Positions 1 to 12,214 of a stretch of DNA of 64,000 nucleotides are shown here, in pieces (position 1 is the first letter of the stretch; each line of letters starts with the position of its first letter). The DNA comes from Azolla caroliniana (Eukaryota > Plantae > Polypodiophyta): positions 15,810,001 to 15,874,000 of the forward strand of contig JBHGNT010000014.1 in NCBI GenBank assembly GCA_043228905.1. Direction: 5' to 3'. Position numbers and translations under genes: made by a program. The notes under the pieces were generated by a model that ran no database searches, was not told where the DNA came from, and saw nothing but the letters and a program-made list of their open reading frames with translations.

Positions 1-202
1 CAACCTCCTCGGATTTTCTAGAAAATTCTAGCTATCAAAGTATAAAAAGGAGCCTTGAGCTACAACCTCCTCAGCCTTGCCAACACTCCCATGCAACACA
101 AGAGAGTTTTGTATGTGTCTTGTTCTTATTCTTCTGGTCATTGAGTTCCCATTCCATCTCGTTTTATATCATTTCTTATGATCAAGTTCTTATAAATTAT
201 CA
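1..202 (+). mobile_element. Probable LTR fragment (3' part) inside an ALG3 intron
   Basis: TTCTAGAAAATTCTAG motif and TATAAAA box resemble the LTR at 19401-19889; ends in ...TTATCA. The left part is outside the window, so no TSD can be checked. Confidence 0.3.
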
Positions 203-834
203 TAAGATCTGTTCCATGGCTGATTATAAAAATAAAGTAACAGTGATTTCTTGCATATGAAGAAGTCTAAAGTTATGATCCACATGGGCACCATAGCATA
301 TCTTTGTTTTGACCTGATTTCTTCTATTATGATAGTCTTCTATATCGATGACCACAAAAAATCGTGAATTAATAGATATAATGTTCTCTGGGAGCAAATG
401 AGTGAGGATCTTGAGAGGAGCAAATGAGTGAATAGAGATTAAGCTGCATGAAAAGAAATAGACCAAATATGGCATTGTTATCTAGAGTATATGTACTAGG
501 GAAATGTCATTTCCCACAGCATTGAACTGGTGAATATTCTGTGTCACTTCCCAACAAGGAAAAACAACATTGATTCTGACAGAAAGTATATAATGCTCCA
601 GCTACATAGAAATTAAAATTCTTTGAAAGGCACAGTATCTCAGCTAGTTTGCAGTCAATATTTTCATTGCAACTATTTCATACATGCTCCATTAAATTTC
701 ATATTAACACCAACAACACAAACAGGACAAAATCCTTTGCAACGAGATAGTGGTTCTCGTAATGTGTTATCTATATTGCCATCCTCCCTTCATAAATGTG
801 CCAGTAACTGTCTTATAAACTGGTATTCCAAACT

Positions 835-2643
835 TCTTCTCAAATATTACTATATGCTGATGATATTGTGCTGATTTCTGACTCGCCGGAGGGACTTCAA
901 AGACATCTAAATGCCTTAAAAACTATTTTGTACAGACAAAGGTTTGTCAATCAACATGAATAAAACTAAAGTGATGGTGTTTAACACCACCCAAGCATGG
1001 GTAACAAGATCAGAACCAGAATTCTTCTTGGGAGAGGACAAGGTGGAATACACACGCTCCTACACATACCTAGGAGTAACATTTATAGGACCTAGGTTCT
1101 CCTTACAGGAGGCCGCTTGTGCCCGACTTTCTCGTGCATATGCAGCCCTTGGTGCTCTCGAGAGACAATGTACACATTTGCAGTTCCAAGAGCCACAGAC
1201 TAAGCTATGGTTATTTGATACACTTGTCACACCAACTCTTCTCTATGGAATAGAGACATGGGGACCGAGTCTTAACAAGGCAAATCATTGGAAAGATTTA
1301 GAGAGACCTTTAGTGTCAATGATTGCTCGCATGATAAGGAGCAAAGCATCGGTGCCCCACAATATAATCCGGGCAGAGATGGGATCAGCACCTATAATAA
1401 CCGAGGCGTTGTTCCGATCAGTGACATTTATCCAACGTCTTTGGGAGCTCCCTAAACGAAGGTACCCAAGGTTGGCACTTATGTCATCAAAACAACTGGC
1501 TGAAAATGGAGACACTCATTGTTGGTATGCTAAAATGCAGCAATGGTTCGAGTCACATGGCATGAGTATAAATGCACTACCCCCGTTCCAATATAGCTTG
1601 GACTGTCCCCATCTAAATATGACCAAAGTGGAAAAGAATAGAGTGATCCGCACTGATATTATTAACTTGGAAAACAAGATAACATGGATCAGCCCCAAAA
1701 TACCACTTGGTACAAAGATGGCCCACTATAAGACACACTTCTTACGTGCATCGGAGGATGGATTTGTCATCAGGCCACCTTATATGGACATACATCTATC
1801 CTATGTGTTGCGTAGTGTGATAGGGCAGATGCGAACTTCATCACATCAGCTACAGATTGAGGTAGGCAGATATACACGACTACCTCTAGAAGAGAGAATT
1901 TGCCAATTGTGTCCTCAAGGAGTGGAATCTGAAGAACACTATGTTTGTCATTGTAGTGTCTTTTATGAAATCAGAGGGAGATACCATTGCCTCTTTAAAC
2001 AAGGCTTTGGTCCACTACGCAAGGTAATGGAATATGAGGACCAACGATGCCTAGGACTTTTCTTGCTAGAGCTCAAGAGACATCGGGAAAAGTTGTTGAA
2101 GAATACAGCCACACAAGCTCATCCACAAAGAACAATCACAACTTTCTTTAGCCCCATCACTCCTAATGCTAGAAGTCAACCCCGGGATACACAAATGGGC
2201 TTCAGACCAGGACATAACAAAGGGATTACAATTGATCGGGCAATGGCAATTTGCCGTGCACGTCGGCCTGGGCCTCAGCCCCATGGACCACGACCTCGAC
2301 ACCCTTGTCATCGACAGATAAAAGCCATTATCTCTCGCCATCGTAGGTGCTTCCCTTGCTTCGGAGACATTTCCATTTTGGATTGACCTATGCTAGAGAT
2401 CTTTCGAAGAAAAAAGCTACAATATACCTAATTTGAGGATCTCACATGTGCCAAAAACCAAATTCCCTCATTAATTTTCCTTTCATGTTATTTACTTTTA
2501 TATTTACTGTGTAATATTTATTTTATTTTGATTTTTTCTCAAGACGAGACAACACTTAAGATGTAATCTCTTATTTGGTCTTATAGGCCATTTTGGCCTC
2601 TTAAAAGACGTTAATATATCTTTCTTTCTTTCTTTCTTTCTTT
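835..2643 (+). mobile_element. 5'-truncated non-LTR retrotransposon (RTE/RTEX-like LINE), RT C-terminal half plus 3' UTR
   Basis: LLYADDIVLISDS at ~847-885, a frameshift near 925, then ORF 944-2386 (INMNKTKVMVF, YTYLG, SSHQLQIEVGRY..EERICQLC..ESEEHYVCHC). Ends in a GGCCA-TTT-TGGCC hairpin and a (TTTC)n tail at ~2621-2643. Confidence 0.9.
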
Positions 2644-2744
2644 ATCTAACCAAGGATAGTAATGTAATTAACGTCTCTTCTTCTCCCCTATGCCTAAACT
2701 AGTTGCACATACTAAATCTAATCCATCAAATGCAATCAACTCAC

Positions 2745-5700
2745 CAGGTATACAAGAAAACACGGCCAAGATCAAAAGCTTTTGAAATGTATTGCAGAGG
2801 ATACGTCCACAAAAATGGCATTCCAAGAGAAATCTGCAAAATGATCAGAAATCTTCCATGAGCAATATCTAAAACTATGAGCTCCTTTAGATACATTGGG
2901 GACTTATAAATTACATGAGAAATATCAAACCTCAATTTATCAATTAATAGTATGATCAGTATACATCAAGAAATTAAAAACGTGGTCTATGAACAATAAT
3001 AAAAAGACACTCATAGGACTGAAATCAATCTTCGCAGCAGGTGGCTTAAAGTTGTGATCAAAGCAGGTGAGGTCAATGGGTTTAAGCATGAGGTAGCTAA
3101 GGTGAACTCGGGAGAAGAATACTGTCAGAATCAGCACCAGCGTGGATATCCTTGTCAAACTCAAAAAGTGCAGACATATACGCCAAGTGTTACAATCATC
3201 ACCAAGGGTAAACCAGTGGATGTTACCTCCCCATGTTACCTTTTTCAGCCTAAAAATTCATGATTTATCTAGGTGTCTCAACCAAACAAGCAATTTGATT
3301 TCCCTACTTTATCCAATGATTTGGGAAACAGTACAGTTTCTTTCAAAAAATAACTTAGTTATTGAATGGGTTTCCCACTCCTCCCTACATAGTGCAGCCT
3401 CTCTCTTGCAAACTTCTGATTCCTCATCTATGATGGTTGGAATTGATCCATTTAGTTTCAGCTTTTTATCTCTGGTCCCTAGAGCAATCATACCAAGTTT
3501 GTACTCTGGAATCTGGATGATGTTTAAATATGTTAGAACTTACATGTTTAATTACATATTATGTCATAATTTAATACATGGATAAATATGTTTCACATTC
3601 TACAATTTTATCCCATGTTTTCCTTGGAGGGATTCTGTTTCTGACCATACCCATTTCCCAACCATGCCCTACAGATTTCCTGAACCCACAATCTTTATAT
3701 ACATTATGAAGTGTCACCTTTACCATTATAGGTATCATCTACCAACATCATGTTACAAAAGTCTACAATCATAACACTGCAGGATTAGTTTGGCACAAGT
3801 ACTAATTCTGTATTTCAAGATATAAGAACCATGCCCTTTCCTCCATTTATCCCGTGTACATTTAACACATCCAGCCTTTTCACAGAGGAACCTACAAATG
3901 CTAGCTCAAGCATCCATTAAAATAAAGGGAAAAGTACAAGGATACCCCTGGAAGTTCCAAATTTACCAAACTACCCCTATGTCCAAAAAATTACACTTTA
4001 TAAAGTAATTATACACTCAAATCTACAAGCCCTATTTGCCAAGGATGGAAGAAATGGACCTGAACTAGCCCTATTTACCAAAGATTTGAGTGTATAATTA
4101 CTTTATAAAGTGTAATTTTTTGGACATAGGGGTAGTTTGGTAAATTTAGAACTTCCAGGGGCATTCTGATAAATAGACAAACTTCCAGGGGTATCCTGGT
4201 ACTTTTCCCTAAAATAAACTCATGCTACCTCAATTGTTTGTATGGAAGTCTGCTTAGCAGTGAAACACATCTCCAAAGATATGCTTAGTTGTGCAATACA
4301 CATCTCCAATGAATTTGGCAATCTATTAACACTCAAGTAAACATTTCTGGAAATTAGCTGTATCACAGCATTCTAAGTTTGTTGTGAGTTGCCTGAACTC
4401 TAGGATTTTTTAAGAGCCTCATACATATTACCCCATACATTATCTATTTTGAGAGCATCCTCCAATATCACATTCCAACAATGATCTCTCAGGCACAGTA
4501 TAATGCAAACTCCCCAAGTCCATCCAAAGTTTCAGAAATCCCCATCCATAATAACATGATTTAGGTAAATAGACGAGGTCATATGTCGGATGCCGGAATG
4601 TTTTCTCGATAGCACTGCTTACTATTACAATACAAACATCAACCCTGAATGTTGGATTTAATATAATGCAAGAAGGCTTCTTGATCGTATTCAACATTAT
4701 CCCATTCTTAATATAAGTATTAACTTTCTTAGAGCCCTGACACTCCTTTAAACTTGATAATGCAAGCTCAGTATGGAAATTGCATCACAGCATCAAAATC
4801 TGTCAAATATAAAGGCATGTAAGGTATGTGAGGAAGGGCTAGTAGAGGATGAGTATCACTTGCTTTTTACATGCACCGCATATAGTGAATTCGTGAAAGC
4901 TACAATGACGATTAAGAGGGGGTGATGACTTGAGTGTCACACTAAAGAGAATGTCAAGAAGGTTGAGCTCATATGTGTATGCCTTATTCATACATCAAGA
5001 CTTTGTGTTTCAAAGTATGAATCTCCCTTCTTGGGAAGGATACATACATCAAGAAAACTTGTGTACTTAGGTTCCATGGGTCAATATTGGCCTCTCTATG
5101 GACGCTAAAAAATATCTAATATAATCTACTATTTCTTATGTGCAACTTTGGAAACCTCATCAGATCTTATTTTAAATTTATTCAATAAAAATTAATGTAA
5201 CATTCATCACTTATAAAATAGTCCTAATTCTGGAATAGAGATCCCAGAAATATAATCTCAGTATTTTGCCAACTTTCAATAAATTGCCTGCATCTATGGC
5301 AGACCAAACTGCAATACCTAAATCATTCAGAATTTAAAATTGATTTCTAATTCACTCTGTAATAAACAATCAGTTATTGATTTGCCTGAAGGGATGCAGC
5401 AAGTGAGAGTGTCAGCACTGTGTCCCCTAGGCTCAGTTCCTGTGTGACAAAGATATTAAAGAGATTATAATCTTTTCGTGAGTAATGTTGCAAAATTGTT
5501 TGAAATGATCAAAAGACTACAATGATAATTTGTTGCTATATGTTACAATAAGTGCACATTCATCACAGCCCAGAAGCATACCTCCAGTAACAATAACAGC
5601 AAAGATGGTGCATATAGAAGTACATTCATCTTGACAGATACTGCAAAACTGCATAAAAAGCCAACATGAATTCATTGCAACAATGACTTATCAAACATTT

Positions 5701-8700
5701 GCATCCCAAGAAGCCAAAGGATCATTTGAAATTACCTAAAAATCACTATTCCAACCTTCCATTTATGATTCTGGAAAAAAATTATCGCCAGATGTGCCAA
5801 CATTGTAGCAATGCAGTCATTGAACAATCTAAGCACAAAAATAGAATGCATTCTTTTTGAAAGGCAGAGCAAAGGAAGACCCCACCATGGCAGCTGTAAA
5901 ACCAAATTTAGTGTTAAATCAAGAAAAACATATCCTTATTATTCTGGAATTAAAATACAATAGCAACATGCTTCTTTATGAAGTAAATTGCATCCAAGGA
6001 GTCAAAGATTCAAATTTTTGACAGATGCCAGTATGTGAAAATGCTCAAAGAAGTCAGGCCCCCCCATTGCTCTTATTGGTAGCCCAAGCACATTTGTTAT
6101 AGAAACGATCTTTTATTTTCATCCAGCACATTGATATGAGAGAATAATAGTTTCTGGCATGACTATTGCCATATAAGTGTTGCAAATATGGAAACACAAC
6201 AAAATTGTGGCACAAGATATGGAAACAAACAAAAAACACAGAAAAACAATGCAAGCGATCTAACTTCTCTAGTAATTGGTCTCTTGTCTAGGTAATTTCT
6301 CTCGTAATTGACCTCCTATCTAGGAGACATCTCCATGTCAAAAATCTCAAACGGTAGGTGCTAGCATAATGCAAAATACATGGTTGATGAGAATGCATTG
6401 CAAGATCGATCCATAATATGATGAGAGGTATGGAACCAAATATACCAAGCAATTTAGTCTCCCCATGGTCTTATTACAGGTAGGAAGGGCACGATGGGGT
6501 TATAGTTTGCTTGCATCCCCATCACATGATTGGAAAATCAAGACAAAAACACATTGATTGTTAAACCTATCCAACCATGAAATGCACACAATAATTAGTT
6601 ACGAACATTAGAGGGAGGATATTTTAGTGTTATTGTTTGATTAGATTCAGATTAGATCATTATAAAATCACGTAAAAGAAAATGCATTGCTCATTGAAGC
6701 GGCCACAACAACTAGTTACAAACGTTTTCTCTGTGATAAAATTATATTATTAGTGGGAAGCCTCATATGAGGTATAAACCTACAGTAGAGATTCAGTTTG
6801 GAGTACTATTTCTCCAACCATCTTCATTCTTTAGAGAATCGAGTTGTGAAAATATGGCCATGCACCTGGATATCAACTAAAAGTTGAGGGATATTGACAA
6901 TGCATACATAATATAAAGTTCATTCTTATAAAGACAGCACAAATTTCCACTGTATCTACGTTCACGTTCATATATTGATGGGAAGACGAGATTTATCAGA
7001 AGATATTCTAAGTCTCTTGCATTGGTGAAATATCTAGCACAAATATTAAAATATGAAGACAACCTAACAAAAATTGAGCCTCCCCCCCCCCCTCTTTCCC
7101 CACTCTTACAGCTAGCTTTGCATTCTTTTTGGGCAGAATGAGTCATATTTGGTATCCTGAGGATGGTAATATATGTTTCTATGTATCTGTAATTTTCCTT
7201 CTATCATTTTTAAGAACTTACAGAACCCACAAGTCTAAATCAAAGAACCAGTCAAATATTAGAATATGAAGACAACCTAACAAAAATTGAGCCCCCCCCT
7301 TTCCCCGCTCTTACAGCTAGCTTTGCATTCGTTTTGGGCAGAATGAGTCGTATTTGGTATCCTGAGGATGGTAATATATGTTTCTATGTATCTGTAATTT
7401 TCCTTCTATCATTTTTAAGAACTTACAGAACCCACAAGTCTAAATCAAAGAACCAGTCAAATTATTTGCCTAATTCAAGCATTTTCAAGTGGCTTTTTGA
7501 ATATAACTTATAAAACTCACCACTTTAGTTTGATAATAGAGTACCATGACGATGCCCAAATTCAACATGTAGAGAAAAAAAAATATAACCTGAAAAATAT
7601 GGCAAAAGAAATTAGAAAATTCACAACAAAAAATTCTAGAACATGAGAGAGGCTCAACTTATAGCAATACATCACAAGCGCTAATGAAACTATGGACAAA
7701 TATATGAAATGTGTCATAATTCTATTCATTTGGTACCGTTAGAGGTTCCAATTGGAAGCCCTCTATGGGTGAGAACAGTGTTTCCTACCACAATTATCTT
7801 ATATGCTATTACAATGCTGAAATCTTCCAGAAAACTGCTAGAAAGGCATTCTATCTGAATGATCCACAATATCACAAGCTTTTCAACCAGTTGTTAACAA
7901 TTCAATAGTTCCTGTCACAATACCACCAAGACCCAATACATCTCATTTATGGAAAAGATCAGGCAGAAATCAACATTTCACAAATTAGATACTTCTCTTG
8001 AGGCATGCAACCTTGATACATTTCCATATTTCTAGCTCTGATACTATCAGACATTCATGTGCAGTAAATTCTATCCATATTAGTGTCGAAGATAACATGC
8101 CTGTTAGAAATATGTCAGCAAAAGAACAGATTATGCAAGAGTAAGCTTCCCACCTGTGCCGGAAACACTTCGCCTCCAGTGAGATGTTTGATAGCAGAAT
8201 AGCAGTAGAGAAATCCTGCAGGGTACACCAAGGGACCAGTATCTCCTTTAAGGTTTGCATAGTTCCTTTCTCCTTCCAAGAATCCATTTACCTGTTGCAT
8301 CAACAAGTCTTTCTATTAGCACATCATTTACATAAAACAAACACCTACACCTAAAAATATTCATAATACAAGACAAAAACCAACATAGCAAACAAACTTC
8401 ATCACCTGAATCACTCAAAGTAAAAAACAACAATCAACATACCAAACAAAATTTATCGCCAGAATCACTAAAATACAAAACAACATTTAACATCCAATAT
8501 TCAGAATTTCCACATTCCACTCCACATTCCACATTCAAGCTTAAACATTTAAATCACATCCAATAACTACATTTCAACAATCAAGATTCAAAATTCAAAA
8601 CTTATATTTCAAACAACATCAGACATCCAAAATTCAACATTCATTCCCGAATTCTGAAGAAAATAAGTTCACCTGAGACATGTAGGCATCCCAGTCGATC

Positions 8701-8963
8701 TTCGTGTCTGCAAATGAAGTCCCAAGATGAATCCAAAGAAACATTTATAGGAGATATGGAGTAATGAAACATATAGAAAATACGAAAGGATGCCAAGAAA
8801 AGGATGTGATGGACATACATGGAACTTTGTAGACTATGAGAGCTGTAAGGATGGAGTCAGCCAGGAGCAGGGCAGCAATGGGGAGGAGGTCTTTCTGGTT
8901 CCAACGACTGCTTGAACCATCATGTGACTGCTTCCTGTGGGGTGAGAAGCTCGATCGCACCAT
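2745..8963 (-). CDS. ALG3: Dol-P-Man:Man5GlcNAc2-PP-Dol alpha-1,3-mannosyltransferase, partial (3' exons left of window). Exons 8963-8819, 8707-8673, 8291-8154, 7589-7521, 5893-5736, 5648-5582, 5439-5386, 2833-2745
   Basis: Spliced translation gives [79 protein letters not shown], the ALG3 signature. Phases are consistent, with AG acceptors, GT donors and one GC donor. Confidence 0.95.
3927..4209. mobile_element. Mutator-type MITE (fold-back) in an ALG3 intron
   Basis: ~100-bp terminal inverted repeats GGGAAAAGTAC...GTACTTTTCCC; 9-bp TSD TAAAATAAA at 3918-3926 and 4210-4218. Confidence 0.9.
4720..5125 (+). mobile_element. Decayed 3' end of an RTEX-like LINE
   Basis: Translates to [24 protein letters not shown] at ~4818-4890. 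Ends with the GGTCAATATTGGCC hairpin and ACGCTAA, like the other two LINE ends. The 5' boundary is approximate. Confidence 0.7.
7040..7462. repeat. Tandem duplication, ~213-bp unit x2, in an ALG3 intron
   Basis: CAAATATTA(A/G)AATATGAAGACAACC... begins at 7040 and 7253; copies are nearly identical apart from the poly-C length. Confidence 0.9.
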
Positions 8964-9403
8964 GGCTATTATGCAAAGGCAAGCGAGATCTGTCTGAACA
9001 GAGGAGGGGTAGAAGAAAAGAATTATGACTGGCCTCTGTTTTGTATATTCATTTCAAACATTATGCGAATGCACGTATGGTTCATACTATACGTGCATTC
9101 GCATTCGAATAGGTTTCATTCGCGTATGGTAAACAGCTTTGAAATATGGTAAATACCATACTTTTGTATTCATTATTTATTATAAGGTAAGGTAAATCTT
9201 TTTTAAGGTAAGAAAGATAAGGTAAAAGGTGTTACAAAAAACATACAAACGTTTTTATAACATACTCATTCGCATGCATTCGTATGAAAAAGAACGTTAT
9301 GCCAATGCATTCCAGTATTTTACTTACTATGGACTATAGACACAAATCACAATTAACTACTCATCGCCCAATCCAACTTTATAATTCTCTCTAAATGTGT
9401 GGT

Positions 9404-9718
9404 CAAATATAGCATTGCAATTAGAACTCCTCATTAGATCTTTGTTCTGTTCTTTCTCAATAGGATTGCAATTAGAACTCCTCCTTAGATCTTTGTTTTC
9501 GTTCTTAATATTTGGCCATGCATTGCATTTGCAATTAGAAATCCTCGTCAGATCTTTGTTGTGTTTTTTCTCAATATATCGGCCACACATTGCATTTGCA
9601 ATTAGAAATCCTCATCAGATCTTTGTTGTGTTTTTTCTCGATATATTTGGCCACACATTGCATTTGCAATTAGAAATCCTTGTTAGATCTTGGTTCTACT
9701 CTTTCTATGTATACATTT
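9404..9718. repeat. Minisatellite, ~50-63-bp unit x5 (TTGCAATTAGAA(C/A)TCCTC..AGATCTTTGTT)
   Basis: The motif recurs at ~9415, 9466, 9529, 9596 and 9664. Confidence 0.85.
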
Positions 9719-12197
9719 AAAAGTGGTGCGTTAAGACAATTTTGTATGAGTGAAAGAAGACCAACCCACCCTAGATTTTTCTCTGAGAGAGGACCCTTCA
9801 AGATTTCTCAATTTTGTAATATCTAGGATTTAAAATTGTTCTTTCACAAAGCATAGTATCTAATTCCTATCTTATGATGGCATTTATGTCTTTTACATCT
9901 TTAAGGCCAACTTTAGTCTCGATGTAAGATTACTATTTGCAAATAATGACAAATATATCTTTTAAACAAAGTTTAACCCTCTTTTTCTGTTTTGCATGTA
10001 GAGTAACAATATGCAATGATTAGTTGGGAACAATAAGAATGATTGTACCCAACTAATTCCTAGTCATGATTTTTTGAGTCCCCATATAAACGATACTCTT
10101 TCCATCAATGCTTGGGTCTATCAACACACACCTTAGCAAAACGAAGTAGCCGAAAGGAAAATTCGACACATATTGGAGGTGGCAAGAGCAATGATGAACT
10201 AGAAAAACCTACCGAAGTTGTACTGGGCAGAAGCGACAAACACAACTATCTACCTCATGAATTAGTGCACAACATCAGGAATGCATGATGTCACACCCCA
10301 CGGGAAGTTTTCGGAAGAAGCCAGATTTATCCCACATCAGGATATTTGGTTCAATTGCTTATGTACATATTCCCGACAAGAAGCGACAGAAGCTCGATCC
10401 TAAATCGGAGAAATGTATCCTCATAGGGTACTCACTCGAACAAAAGGGGTACAAGTGTTATAATAAAAATTTCGAGTGAGTCGGGACGTCATTTTCGACA
10501 AGTCGGCATCATGGTATGAACTAGAGTCGACTTCAACTCCGATCCCAGTCGACATGAATTCGTCCGACCAACAGATAGAACACGTTAGTCAACTAAGGCA
10601 TATAATAGAACAAAACCCAATTACAACTAGGCTCAGTGAGCCACAAGAGCCTCTGAACGACCAAAGCACATCTCGGTTGAGTCCAAAGATGAACAAAGGG
10701 AAGGCCAAAATGCCATAGTACGAAGATCCAAATGACAACGAATCAACTCACTCACTCGACAGTGAGTTTGAAGGCCTTGATGATCTTATTATGCTGACGA
10801 ATGGAGTAAAGAAGGTCATAGCTACCACAAACGAGAAACTTTGTCGCTCCACCCGAGAGAAAAAAACGATCAGGCGATTTAGCTAAAATGACTACATGGC
10901 ATATCATTATGCCTTTATGATGAACGTGGCAATAGTGTGAGAACCGGAAAATTTTTCCGAGGCAGCCAAGGATCCATAATGGGTCGAAGCCATGAATGAG
11001 GAGATCCAGGCATTATGCAAGAACAAGACATAGGATCTCATCCCCACTCACCACACAAGAAAGCGACCAACTATAGGTGGATTTACAAGGTCAAATATAA
11101 TGCTAACGGTGTTGCGTGACACACATGCCAAACGTCGTGATGTGCATGTCACATGTGCGTGGTCAAGCACTGGGCCTCTATCCGCTAGTGGTTATGGAGG
11201 AGATGAATTGGTTATTTAGATCTATTGTCGAGTTGTTCTTTGTTGTTGAAGACGCACCCGACCTAAACTCAGCGGTGTTGTGGATTGATGTGTAGGAGGG
11301 GTAATGTGGTGGTGCGCAACGTTTTAGCGGGCAGTGACAATGATCTTCGCTAGTGCTATTTCCTTCTTGACGAGAATTTCAGAGAACAGTGAATGACCAC
11401 ATGAAATGAAATTGTAGTGGCCGAAATGACACACTAATGTGGTTGTGAAAGAGAGATGGATATTCCAATTACGAGTTTGAACCCTTGACTTCGATGTTGA
11501 GAAACAAGACACCTCACCAATAAGATAACTAGGTTTTTTTGTAATAAGATCTTGATTCAATACATAGCTTGATCCCCCATTTCTTTCTCTTCCTTTGTTT
11601 CTTATATAGATGTCCACATGCATATGATGCATGTGAGGGTGTAAGACATGCATGCAATTAACAATGGGCCTGGTTTCGGCTCAAACCGAACCGAACAGAA
11701 AAACCGTGGCTTAAAGGTTTATAGGTTCAAAGATAAATAAACGGTTTGGTTTGGTTTCAAATGTTTACTAATTGGTTTCGGTTCGGTTTTGAATTTATCG
11801 GCTTATCGGTTTATCGGCTTATCAATTATTGTTTATGTGGTTCGGTTTAAAGGTTAAAAAATACTTAAACATATTCCCTATAGGCTCTAACTTTCAACTT
11901 TTAATTTTAAACTCTTGTTTTAAATTATTAAATTTTATATGTATTATATTGTGGTGTCCCTTGGATGCAAGTGCATGCCTTCATGTTGGGTGTGCATGTG
12001 TTCCTTTGTGCCCCTTTTAGCATACCCTTGTTTAGCATGCATGCCTTCATGCTATGGGTGTTCATGTGTTCCGTTGAGCCACCCTTTTAGCATACCCTTG
12101 CAACCCAAATGGGTACCTTTGTACGACTATAAATTGAATAGGAAGTAAGAAGCTAAGCAAGCTGGTTTGGATTCCATTTATGTGCATTTCACATAAT

Positions 12198-12214
12198 TGG
12201 TGGAGAAGCGGGGT
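12198..12214 (+). other. Primer-binding site, complementary to the tRNA-Ala 3' end
   Basis: TGGTGGAGAAGCGGGGT lies 4 nt after the 5' LTR. From memory, it matches the complement of plant tRNA-Ala (..ACCCCGCAUCUCCACCA) with one mismatch. Confidence 0.7.

Noticed and set aside
3050-3600. Short ORFs in the ALG3 intron, possibly LINE ORF1 debris
   Set aside because: No recognisable domain motif.
9404-9718. Regularly spaced repeats resembling a CRISPR array
   Set aside because: The 'spacers' are themselves homologous, there are no cas genes and the context is eukaryotic; it is a minisatellite.
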